NCBI RefSeq assembly: GCF_009914755.1
Contig: NC_060946.1
DNA length: 64,000 nt
Origin: the human T2T-CHM13v2.0 reference genome, Homo sapiens
Strand: one strand, 5' to 3'
Position numbers and translations under genes: made by a program
The notes under the pieces: model-generated
Database searches by the model: none
What the model was told of the DNA's origin: nothing
What the model saw: the letters and a program-made list of their open reading frames with translations, nothing else
In this document: in pieces, positions 1 to 16,663 of the stretch
How positions within the stretch are numbered: the first letter of the stretch is position 1
Layout: each line of letters starts with the position of its first letter

Positions 1-384
1 GCATCTCACACACACTTTACACTTGGGAAAAACAAAGTGTTGGGGTTAAGAAATCTTTCAGAAATTACAAAGCTGATTAATGATGGAGCCAGGTATAATA
101 AAGCCTGTGTTCTGACCACAATACTGAGTTGTTTGAAATTCATATTCCATTTTAACACAGAAAAGATAAACTAAGTGGTGATTATGTTCCCAAATGAGTC
201 CACCAAAACAAACAAAAACACATATAACAGCAAAAAAACAAAACATTACTTCATAACTGTAGTGAAATAGTTTTTTAAAAAATAGAACTTGCCAATTGAT
301 ATTGCCATTATTACAAGAAAGTCCCTTCATGTTCCAACGTTGGGTTATAGCAAGGAAAATAATGCTAGGAGTGGTTTATTAAGC

Positions 385-865
385 ATAGGAAAAACCTAAG
401 TATTTTTCCTGTTCTCACACATCACTCAACACAAGACTGCCAACGCCAGATGTGGGGGGGTTTCTCCAGCAGACACCACCTAGTTATCCTACAATTTAAT
501 TCAATTCTGACAATATCTACCTGGAAATAGTATCAGATCCCACAGGTTGAGGGCTCAGTCCCATAAGACTGACTACACTTCAGACACTAATCGCAAGCCC
601 CAGGCTGTGGCCTGTACTTCTGACCATCCAGCTATAAAGCAGGGTTCCCATGACCTTCTTCCTGGGTTTGACTAATTTGTTGGAGTGGCTAACAGAACTC
701 AAGGAAACACGTTTCTCATTTATTACAAGGGATATTACAAAGGATACTGATGAACCGCCAGATGGAAGAGGCGCATAGAGAAAGGCGCGAGGGGTGTCCT
801 TGCCTCTCCCAGCACACCGCTCTTCAGGGACCTCCATGTGTTCAGCTATCATGGAGCTCCCGACA
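385..865. mobile_element. MER21-like LTR fragment
   Basis: Motifs cagatcccacaggttgagggctcagtccc and ggctaacagaactcaaggaaacac recalled from the MER21 family. Confidence 0.55.
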
Positions 866-1441
866 TCTATCTACACATCAGCACCACATTATTTTATTTA
901 TGGAGGTTTTGTAACATCTGGTAGGGCCTGCCGTCCTCAGCACTTGTTACTTTTGGAATTTTCTTAGGTATTATATTGCTTAATATTTTGTAAGTCTAAA
1001 AAAAAATTCAAGCCCCAAAATAAGAACATGGGGGTCATTTGTGGCAGGCGAAGTCATGAAACTGGACGGAAGCACCAAGAGAGACCGTGAAAAGTGAGAG
1101 AATGGTTTGGAAGCCCAGGGCACAGAGCCCCAGGACACACCAAGGCTTAGAAGGCAGGCAGAAGAGCAGCCCATGAAGATGGACATAATTTACTTAAGTA
1201 AAGTTAACATATTTAAGTAAACCAAGAATAAAAGATAACAGAAGCCCCATAAGCACAACCACTGATACTTAGTAAACCAGGAAACCACATTATCACAACC
1301 AAAGAAAACCTCCCAGTCTCACCACCTTTTTCACAAATGAGCCATGTTCAAATTCCATCATCCTCTCCTAGTTTAGTTCCCTGCTGGCTTATACAACAAC
1401 ATCCAAGGTCATAAATTCCTGGAGGACACAGATCAGATTAG

Positions 1442-2121
<680 letters not shown>

Positions 2122-3099
2122 AATATTTATTAACAAAACAGAGGACAGTGGGATTCCAGAAGATAAGACTGCTGCATCTGAGGTTTCCCCTCCAAATTCT
2201 ACAACATTATCCATCAGATTTGTGAGCCCTTTGAAAAGAAAAACATGAATACCTGCAATCAATATGGGCTCACTAAGAAGTCATGCCAAACCAATCTAAT
2301 TTTCTTGAAGCCAAGTAAATGTGATAGAATAAATCTTCATTTCAGCAAAGTATCTGGCTTACCTCTGCTGAGGTAGCCAAAGTAACTTTCACGGATAATC
2401 AGTCCCCTACCCCAAGCCTTTTATCTGTGGCATGCTTATAGAATAGAGAGCTTTGCGCTTTGTGTTAGTTATTCATATTTACTTAATCTCTTGTTTCTTC
2501 TCAGAGTCAAATTCATTTTGAATCCATCAAAACATTTAGCACATAAAAGCCCAAACAATGTATGAAACAAAAGACTCTTGGAATGAGGTAGAAAAGCATG
2601 AGGTGAGCTTGTGTCCACAGCTGAACTGCACCTCAGTGGTGCTGGCCACATGGATCTGTCTGTCTGCTGCCAGGGCCCAGAGCTCTGACCTTAATCACCT
2701 GCTAGTCAATATTCTGAATAATGACTCTAACCAAAGTCATATACAGGGACTGTTTTATCGGCTAAGGTTATGCTTTGAGACTGTCAATATACTAGAGTAA
2801 CAATCAGAATCTTAACAGATTTGAAAGGACTATGAAATTAAAAAGATAAATGTACACAAATAAAATACATTTGTGTTAAGTATAAAAAAAAGATCAAAGC
2901 TTGCTTCAAAAAGCAGCTCTAATACATAAAATGTCAACCAAATGCAATGCATAGGCCTTCTTTGGATGCTGATTCAAATAAAGCATTTGAAACAAATAGA
3001 GAAACAACACTGACAAGATACTGGATGATACTGAGAAACTACTGATTTTTTTTTTTTAGGTGTGATGTTATTAGAGTTAAAAAATAAAGAATTATTAGT

Positions 3100-4165
<1,066 letters not shown>

Positions 4166-4755
4166 TAACAAAGAGTTCTCTCTTGGTGACACATCCTAAA
4201 GTGTTTAAGGATAAAACAAGATGTCTGGAATTGGCCTCAATAAAATTTGGCAGTGATCGGAGACGTAAGTAAATCAAAGCTGGCCACGTATTGGTAAGCA
4301 ATCATTCTTGGTCTTGTCTACCTATCTGGATTTTCCGGCTTTAGCAGGATAGGACTGGATGCTCTCCAGACAGAGCAGTGCACTGAAGTGGGCCTGGGTT
4401 TTCTAAATTGTCCTTTTGTTCTCAGTTTGGGGATCGATGTTGGGTTAATACGGTGACATTCTGATTTCAACTCCAAATACCAAGAATTGGTAATCCTGAA
4501 TAATTTGTATCCAATCTCTTGAGCATAGTGGGTTCTTAAATAATAGTAGCTGAGTCAAGTTCCTTATCTAAGAGCATACATACACATGTATGGCATTTGA
4601 AAAAGGTAAAAGTCCCTCACAAATAAGACAGTGTTTTAACAACTGAGAAGAGTGGATCCAAAAATAAGATAAAGACTATTAGAATCAGATTAAATTAAGA
4701 CAGTAGTTCTCAACCAGGAGTGCTATTCTGCATTCTTCAGAAATGGGAAAGGGGC

Positions 4756-8034
<3,279 letters not shown>

Positions 8035-10625
8035 CTAAAGAGGGAGCTCTGTAAATGAGGGCCTATGAAGAATGTTGACACTAAGGTCTCTTCCAGAACT
8101 TACATTCCAGGAGTAGGTTAGTTCAGGGATAGTTAACTACATTTATATAATGCTTTACAGAACTTCTCTCAAATTACACTATTACAGGTTTTCTTTATTT
8201 TAACACCAGTGCACAAGACTCTATATTTATCCCAGTTAAATGTCAACTAGCTGGATTCTGGCCTGTCAAGATATATCCGATTCTAATTTCATCACTGAAC
8301 TTTGCTATCCCAGCTTTGTGGCATCCTTCTTCAGCCTGCCAAGAGTGATGGTCATCTCTCTGGCATGGAGGCCAGCAGCAGGCCTCAAGAGAAGTGGAAG
8401 AAAATGTGGGAGAAGAGCCTGCAAACTCAGTAAAGTCTCAGTGAAGAAGCAAAGGAAGGAAAAATCAGACAGATTGCAGAAAGATTCCCCCTTAGAGAAG
8501 GGGGTGACAGGGTGCCAGCAACTACTACCCTAGGGAATACTGATAAACAACATGTCAGATAGATGCAGTGATCTGTCTGTGATCCTATGGGAGGATCTTC
8601 AGTGTGTTAAGTTACAAAAGCAAAGGGCAGAAGCATATTTAAAGCAGGATTCTTTTGAACATTTTTGGAAGGATATGGTGGCTTCGTTTATAGTGGTTTC
8701 CCCTGGGGAGAGACAGACAGAGGCTGAACTGAAAGATTTTAATTCCCATCAGACTAGCCCCTGCAACAGAAATATCTCAGCAGAGAGGAACCTTGACTCA
8801 GATCCTCCTAGGACTTAATTCTTTCAACCCAACCAACTAAAAAAGCACTGGTTTGTGTAGCTTAGGCATTCTGAACATTTAAATGTTCTATGGTGAAGAT
8901 CTGTTTTTCCAAAGAGTCCCCATTCAAATTCATTTACTCTTTGGTCACCCACAATGCCACAGCGGTAGGTACTCCCACAAGGCTCACCCTCGCAGACACC
9001 CTGGCTGAGGCAGGTTACTCTCCTTGCTTTGTAAATAAACAAGTCAGAAGGCAACTAACTGGCCAGTATGTATTTCCAATACCAGAAGCAGTGGTAGGCC
9101 AACAGGCAAAATTTAACAGTTTACATGGTATCTTAAAATGACATTTTACATGGGATGCAATAATTTTAGGATGCAATGAGCCAACTGCTGTCTTAGTACA
9201 TCAAAAACCACTTCACAAAATGAGATAGCTACATAATGGCAACATAAACCAAATATGGACTGGATTACTATGGGTACGTGTCCCTTTTTGGAGCATGACC
9301 CCCAGAAGCCTCTCCAGACACACACGGGTGTGTGTGGATGGGAACTGTTTTCAGTTCAAGCTCAATCTACACCTTCACAGTTTTACTTTCCCCCCTCTTT
9401 CCTTAATGATTAATATTGACTAACATGTAGAAGGCTGTTTCACCTGGGCTGTGTGTAAGACTCACCTGGGAAGGAATACCAAAGCTCCATCTCCACCACT
9501 CAGAGCTTTGGATTTAACATCCAGCAGAAATATGTTTAAGGCTGCAGGCCATTCTCACATGCAGCCTAGGTAGAGAAGCACTGATTAAGATCTTGACCAT
9601 CTTTCTCCTACAATTCTAATGCTCAAGGTCTCTACACCTGTTTCAAACACCGCCTCAGAGACACTTTGAGGGAACATGTTTACGTTTTCTGTGTATTGAG
9701 CTATGACACATTTCACAGCTTACAAACTTGGAGCTGCTTTTTTGATATAGCTGGGGGGAATTACTTAGGGCTCAAGAAAATTTTTATGTCACCAAACTAT
9801 TCAGCCATTCCTCTTCTGAATCAAGATGTCTTAAGTGCTCAGCCCATCCTCAGATATTACAAACAGCAATACCCTTCCAACTCTCACATTTGAATATTTC
9901 TAAAAAGTTCAAATGGTAGCTCCCTGAGCTCACAATCCAGCAGAGAAAATGAACAGCTACAGTACCCTGGGAAGAGTGTCATTATAAGAGGAACCCCAAA
10001 GAGGCACAGAGGAAGAACTCCTAACTGACAAATCAGGGAGAGCTTCCAGAGACAGCGTCATTTCCACAGATACCAGAAGGCTCAGTAGGAGTCAGTGAGT
10101 AAAGAGGGGTGAGAGGAGAATGTGTTTTGGCAAGGACACAAAGGGAGCGGCAGCAGAGTTGAGCAGGTGTTGGGCTGGGAAGAACAGGAAAGAGCACGTG
10201 GGGATCAGTCTTTTCATGCCAGAGGAAACACGAAACCACTCCCTGAAGGACTTTAAGCAGATGCTCATCCTTGGAGATCATGTTGCCTGTGTGCTGGAGA
10301 ATGGATCACAGGAGGGCAAGACTAGAAGTAGAAGGACAAAGCTAGCATGACCATCAAGGTGGGGAGGGATGGCATAGTTTAGGGAAACGGTAGTCATGAT
10401 GACAGTGGCAGAACGATGCCAAAAGTAAACAGGAGAAAGGGACAACAGGATGGGGAAAACACATCCCAGGCTCCTGGCTGGACACTGGACAAGATACACA
10501 TCTGGGGAGAAAGGGAACCCCATTTATGAACACTGTGTTTGAGGAACCTGCTGACCATTTCCTGGCCTTCTTCAGTAGGCAGCTGTCACAATGGCAGCAA
10601 CAGCTCACAAGGACACAGTGCTTTA

Positions 10626-11144
10626 CAGTAGTCCCTTCTTATCCGTGGTTTTTTTCACACTGTTACCTATAGTCTGAAAATATTAAATGTAAGACCCCAG
10701 AAATAAACAATTCATAAGTTTTAAATTGCATACCATTCTGCAGAGTGATGAAATCTTGCACCAGCCCACCCAGGACGTGAATTATCCCTCCTCTGCCCAG
10801 CATATCCACGCTGTAGACATTGCCAGCCCATTAGTCACTTAGTAGCGGTCAGTTACCAGGTTGACTGTTGCAGCATCACAGAGTTTGTGTTCAAGTAACC
10901 CTTAATTTACTTAATAATGGCCCCAAAGTCCAACAGTAGTGATGCTGGCATATTGTTATTATTGTTCTGTTTTATTATTAGTTATCATTGTTAATCTCTT
11001 ACTGTGCTTAACATAAATTCAGCTTTATCATACATATGTATGCATAGGGAAAAAAAGTGTATAAAGGGTTCAGAACAATCTGCAGTTTCAGGCATCCTCT
11101 GGGGGTCTTAGAACATATTCCCCATGGGTAAATCGGGACTACTG
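10626..11144. mobile_element. MER44-like (Tigger/TcMar) non-autonomous DNA transposon
   Basis: Terminal inverted repeats CAGTAGTCCC ... GGGACTACTG flanked by TA on both sides. Confidence 0.85.
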
Positions 11145-11149
11145 TATTA

Positions 11150-11360
11150 TGTAACAGTTATTGTTTAATGCTTTACATTTATTAACTCAAAAACCTCACA
11201 ACTACCTTGTGAGATAAGAAGTATACCTTTTATCCTTATTTTATAGATGAAGATATAGAAGCACAAAAAAGCTACAAACATTGCCCTAAATCACACAGCC
11301 AGTAAGTGCCTGAGTCCACATTCAGTGCCTTCAGTTTGGCCTCAGTCTGTGCTCTTAACC
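11150..11360 (-). mobile_element. MIR
   Basis: tatccttattttatagatgaaga ... aaatcacacagccagtaagtg resembles the reverse MIR core. Confidence 0.65.
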
Positions 11361-11688
11361 AGGACCTGCTACTGCCTCACACACACACAGCAGTGAAACT
11401 GCGAAAACACTCGGATGGCTTGGGAACATCAAGCTTATGGGAATACATAACATCACCAGCAGCATGTCCTGAATGAAAAAGCAGAGGGGCTCAAGACAGA
11501 TTCCAAGCTCATGCACAAGAGCCACCCATGGGGCAGTGGGTGTGGGCAGAGAGGAAGGAGAAACCCTGGGAAACTGTGGAACCAAAAACAGTAGAGAAAG
11601 GACCCTCAGGAGGCAGTAAAGTGCAGCATCAAATGCGGCTGGACATCACAGAAGATGCGTGTGGTGTGATGGGCTTTATCTCACCTAG

Positions 11689-11989
<301 letters not shown>

Positions 11990-12801
11990 TGATTTTATTT
12001 TTTACAGCAAAGATTAGCCAACTGCAGCCTGCTTTTGTATGGCTAAACTAAAAGTCTTTTTCATATTTTTAGAAGGTTAAAAAATGTAAGAATATGGGAC
12101 AGAGACAGAATGTGGCCCTTACAAAAAAGCCTGCAGGATGGCTTGTAACCTTGGCAAAAACAGATTCAGGGGAAAAAATGGGGACAAAAGCCAGACTGCA
12201 GGTTACTGTGGAACATAAAAATAATGAAGCACTAAAGCAGCTCTTTCATGACATCCAGCTATGAGACAAGAGCTTCGTGGGGACAAGAGCGGGGGAAGAA
12301 GTTTGCTGGTTGTACAGATGGAAGAGAGGTGAGCATTGCCCAACACAAACAGGAAGAAACAACAAGACAGAAGGATGAAAATACAGGAAAGGGAGGCTAT
12401 GACTGAACGAGGCTCCCTTATAGGGAAGAAGGATACCAGATCCAGAACATAGACAAGAAAGGACACCTACTTTTGAGGTAACAGGAAGGCAGGAAAGGGT
12501 GGCTGCAGACAAACATCTAAGTCTGCAGCCATATAGGTGAGAAACATCCCAGTTATGGCTTCAGTTTTCTCCAAGTCATCTGCTGGTTGCAAGGCAGGAG
12601 TGGCAGGATCAGGGATTTAAGGAACAGGCTGAAGTCTCGAAATGTCTGTAGTGAAGGCAGTGTGTGCTGACTCAGTGTTTGCTCTACAGAATGCACAGCA
12701 GCCTCAAAGACCCAGTCAGTGTTAGAGACCACAAACCAGACTTGCATTCACGTGGCTGCCCACCACAAGCCACAAGCATTTTCCAGATAATGGAACATAT
12801 C

Positions 12802-12858
12802 AACTCTGATGGACATTACAAATCCTGATGGACATTAGAAACTCTGATGGACACCTAA
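12802..12858. repeat. Three tandem 19-bp units
   Basis: aactctgatggacattaca / aatcctgatggacattaga / aactctgatggacacctaa. Confidence 0.85.
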
Positions 12859-12899
12859 AATATCTTGTTGCTTTCTTGCCCTTTGAAAAGAACATATTT

Positions 12900-13540
12900 A
12901 GATAGTGGTTAAGCACAGGCATTGGAATCAGACCTGGGTTAGAACTCAAGCTTTGTCACTTACTAGCCATGTAACTTTTGCTGAAGGAATTAGAATATTA
13001 ACCTCAGTGACCCATGGTAGAAAACAGGATATCACTATCTGCCTCAGTTATCATGAGGATTAAATTAAACCAGATTTATAAAATACAGTAGTCTAGTGAG
13101 TGGCAAGAGAAACGGCTCAGTAAATGATAACTACATCATCATCATTATTATGAGCAGCAGCAGTATTTTGCTACCTCAACATGACTGGTGCTGGCTTAGC
13201 TTAGTGGCAGAATGAAGCCCGGACAGATGTCAGGGCACTCCCACCTCCATACAACTTCCACTGTGTCACTAACCAAGTGACCCTGGCAGGATCCCCTGGA
13301 TATCAAGTTTCCAGTCTGCAGAATGAGGGGACTGGACTGCACTACACAGTTCCCAAGGCTTTTCCCGTCTGCATCTAGGGCTAACAGTGCTCTGCACTGT
13401 GAAAATAGGAACTTTCAAGCAAGCACGTTCCTCGATGTACTACTTTGTGGTCAAAAAGACTTGAGTCTGAATCCTGTTCTTATTGAATGAAGATGAGTTC
13501 TTTAACACTTTTGAGACTCGGTTTCCTCATCTAGAAAAGA
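12900..13540 (+). mobile_element. MIR fragments
   Basis: tagtggttaagcacaggc...gacctgggtt...cacttactagc; gagactcggtttcctcatct. Confidence 0.6.
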
Positions 13541-14306
13541 GTAAGCGAATCGCAACGAATGGTAGTGTGATGATTTAACACAGAGCACTCAGGGAGGAGC
13601 CGCTGGCTATCCCTCCTCTGCCGCACCTCCCAGGGTAAACGTGGGGACCAGCACCGCTCCCGGGCAGACCCGCGAGCGGCCCGCACGACGCCCGACCTGA
13701 GCCTTTGCTCAAAGCAGGGGGCCAGTCCTTATGTTTCTGAACACAAACAAATGGAGAACAAACTGGGACCTTATTAAAAAGGCAGGCTTTGGGGGTGTTA
13801 CTGCATTGAAAAGCCCTATTTAGGCTTGGCCCTGAGAAATTTTTCTCTTGGGTCACGCATGTTCACGGTCCTCCCAGGCGAAGCCGCCCTGGGGACGAAA
13901 ACCGATCACAGAGGCAAACTCAGGGGCGAATAAGGACCGCAGGACGCCAAGGAGGGGCGTGGAGCTGTGGGATCCGCGCGGCCCTTGGGTTGCCCTGCCT
14001 GCAGCGGGAATTTGTGTGCCTCCTCGCGGGCACTGAGCGGGGCGTCCCAGGGGGCGTTGGCTTCCACCCCCACCATTCCCCAGCCGGCCCCGCCGGTAAC
14101 GGGCTTCGGCGACGGCACCCAAGCGGGTCCTCAGGAGCGGCCGCCGCGCCCGGGACGCCGCAGCCCCAGCCCAGGTGGGAGGTCGGAAATCGGCGCGGCC
14201 AGCTGGGCAGCGGCTCAGCGGGGCTGGGGGCGCGGGGTCAAGCCTGGCAGTCCGGCCCGGCGGAGGCGCGGCTGACAGGGCAGCCCCCCAGCCCGCCGGG
14301 CCTCAC

Positions 14307-14348
14307 CTGGAAGTGCTCCTGAAAGCGAACAGGGAGGATCTGCGCCAT
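14307..14348 (-). CDS. CLTCL1: Clathrin heavy chain-like 1 (CHC22), coding part of exon 1 (14 codons, phase-0 donor)
   Basis: Minus strand reads ccagccATGG (strong Kozak) then ATG GCG CAG ATC CTC CCT GTT CGC TTT CAG GAG CAC TTC CAG = MAQILPVRFQEHFQ, followed by donor CAG|GTGAGG. This is the CHC22 N-terminus (the paralog CLTC reads MAQILPIRFQEHLQ). Confidence 0.97.
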
Positions 14349-14430
14349 GGCTGGTGCGGGACCTCGGCGGCGGCGGCGGCAGCGGCAGGAATGAACGCCG
14401 ACCCCTCGCGCGGGCTGACCGGTGGCGACG
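14349..14430 (-). other. CLTCL1: CLTCL1 5' UTR with a short GCC repeat; TSS position approximate
   Basis: GC-rich leader GCCGCTGCCGCCGCCGCCGCCGAGG upstream of the ATG and just below an NRF1-type motif. The exact TSS cannot be read from sequence. Confidence 0.7.
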
Positions 14431-14441
14431 GCGCAGGCGCA
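14431..14441. promoter_or_regulatory. NRF1-type binding motif
   Basis: GCGCAGGCGCA, matching the NRF1 GCGCAnGCGCA consensus, immediately upstream of the 5' UTR. Confidence 0.65.
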
Positions 14442-14520
14442 GTGCCCCGAGCTCCCGGTCCTGGCCCCCGCCCTCCTCCCTGACCGCGCCCCGGCCCGCA
14501 CCCCCTTTCCCCGCCCCTTC

Positions 14521-14610
14521 CCCCGCCCCTGCCCCGCCCCTGCCCCCGCCTCTGCCCCGCCCCTGCCCCCGCCCCTGCCCCCGCCCCTGCCCCCGCCTCT
14601 GCCCCGTCCC
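14521..14610. repeat. GC-box minisatellite: 7 units of 11-12 bp, C(4-5)GCC(C/T)CTG, plus a partial unit
   Basis: ccccgcccctg ccccgcccctg cccccgcctctg ccccgcccctg cccccgcccctg cccccgcccctg cccccgcctctg ccccgtccc read directly. Confidence 0.9.
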
Positions 14611-14880
14611 GCCTGCGCGGATCCCTCCGCCCGCTCCGAGGGTCCGCGGAAAGTAGTCCCGCGCGCCCTCTGCCCTGACGCGGTGTGTGCCAGCTACCCG
14701 AGTGAAAGGTTTTCGGGGGATTAATCCTGATGGGGTCTGCGGCGGCCCTTGCCCAGCGCCTTCCACATGTGGAGCGGGCCAGTGGTGCTAGTTCTGCCGC
14801 CAACTCTGGACGGTTGAGTTCAGGGCCACTTTTTACTCAGGCACGGATGTGACAGAAAGATGGAAAAGGGTCTTGGAAGA

Positions 14881-15233
14881 ACCACATGTGCCGTATAACG
14901 AACGACCTTTTGGTCTGAGGAGGACCGTGTATATGACGGTGGTCCCATAACATGATAACGGAGCTGGAAACTTCCTGTCCTCTGGTGAGGGCTTAGCTAA
15001 GGACATTTCCTCTCCTGTATTTGGAGATACACGTACAGGTATGTCATTACCGTGCCAGGGGAATAACGCACCTCACACGCGGTGCGGGTTTGCGGCCTAG
15101 CAGCAGCGGACCGCATCAGCTGCCTAGTTGTGTAGTGGCTGTGCCATCTGAGTTTGTGTAAGTTACCTTGTGATGATCCCACAACCGAGACGCATGTCTC
15201 AGAATGCATGGATGCATGGGACGCGTGACTGTA
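14881..15233. mobile_element. MER47-like (Tigger5) DNA transposon in the CpG-island shore
   Basis: ataacgaacgacc...ggaccgtgtatatgacggtggtcccata...ggagctggaaacttcctgt and terminal gacgcatgtctcagaa...acgcgtgactgta resemble the recalled MER47 consensus. Confidence 0.7.
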
Positions 15234-15827
15234 CGTGTTACAGACGTGTTTCGGCGTGAGGCTCGGCCCCTGCTCCTTTAGGAAACACCTTTCCTGGCTC
15301 ATGCGGTTTCTAGAGAACACTGTGTCGGAATATCAATGTAGAGAGTCAGCGAAGGTCATCTAGCAGCAGATGACCAGCCCCAGGCCAGTGAGGATCACCC
15401 AGAGTGCCCGTGGCTGCACGACAGTAGTAGCAGGTGGAAGCTGGAGCCCACACCTGGTTTGCCCAGCAGCCAGTTGTTTTTCCGAGGCACCGTTGGCTGA
15501 TGTTTTGCATACAGATGATTCAGCTGCATAAAAGATGTCTGTCAGGAAAGGGAAGCCCTTGGCATTCAGCACAGGCACTCCCTACGGGGTAATCGATAGC
15601 CGTCTCTGCTGCTTCCCATGTTGCTCACTGGTAATTTTAAGAAATGAACGGCCCACCTTGAATAAGACAAGGATGGTGCAATTATTTGCGCAATGGCTTG
15701 ACCATCTAGTAGCCAAAAATATGTTAAGGAATAGAACAGACTGTTCACTTTCAAATTAAATCTCTTTTCCAGTATTAGCCAAGACCTCTGCAGCCCGCCC
15801 TTTCTAAAATCCATGTGGCCTCATCCG

Positions 15828-15837
15828 CTAAATATAG
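15828..15837. promoter_or_regulatory. Candidate MEF2 site
   Basis: CTAAATATAG is an exact CTA(A/T)4TAG match about 1.4 kb upstream of CLTCL1. Confidence 0.4.
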
Positions 15838-16324
15838 AGCTGGGTTTTGCTGTGGTTAGTACTACATTTCCCAAATCTCTTTATTTTGGCAATGATGCCT
15901 GTGACTCCAAGTACCCTTTACCCCAAACATTATATAAATTTTTTAGTAATTAATACCATCACTCCCTAAATCACCTTCCCCAGGGCTTTTTGGGGATTAA
16001 AACTAAAATTTTATACCCTAAAAGAAAGAATTTAAGAAAATCATAGTTAAGCAAAGTGACAGGATTGTTAATACGTCGGGACCTCAAGTGGGGATTAAGT
16101 TTCAACATTAATTTTAGAGGAGACACAAATCTTTCTGTCTCTTCAAACCATAGAAGAGACAGAAAGCACAACAGTTATTTGAATAGACAGAAGTGAATAT
16201 AAGTGATAGTTGTAGTTAACAGGAAATAAAGTTGTTAATATACTTGTAAAAAAATTAAATGTTCTGACTTGAAAGGGACTTTAATATTCTCACCACTTGT
16301 AGGTAACTTGCTAAGTAACCCTAA

Positions 16325-16663
<339 letters not shown>

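Larger units (their letters stand above)
13650..15300. promoter_or_regulatory. CpG island, TATA-less CLTCL1 promoter
   Basis: Abrupt rise in GC and CpG density around exon 1, many GC boxes (CCCCGCCCC), and a GGGACTAC (ZNF143/THAP11-like) partial motif on the minus strand near 14646-14660. Confidence 0.9.

Noticed and set aside
9313-9338. Small hairpin acacacac-gg-gtgtgtgt
   Set aside because: 8-bp dinucleotide stem, expected by chance and too short for a pre-miRNA.
12802-12858. Possible CRISPR-like array (also considered for 14521-14610 and 49206-49319)
   Set aside because: Head-to-tail repeats without unique spacers, primate context, no cas genes.
14365-14387. GCC repeat in the CLTCL1 5' UTR as an expansion locus
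   Set aside because: Only about five pure units with an interruption; common in CpG-island UTRs, with no sign of instability from sequence alone.
13853-14803. Long overlapping ORFs (up to 183 aa; Gly/Ala/Pro/Arg-rich) across the CpG island
   Set aside because: Stop-codon scarcity in GC-rich and minisatellite DNA; only the 14-codon CLTCL1 exon inside ORF 14238..14501 is supported.
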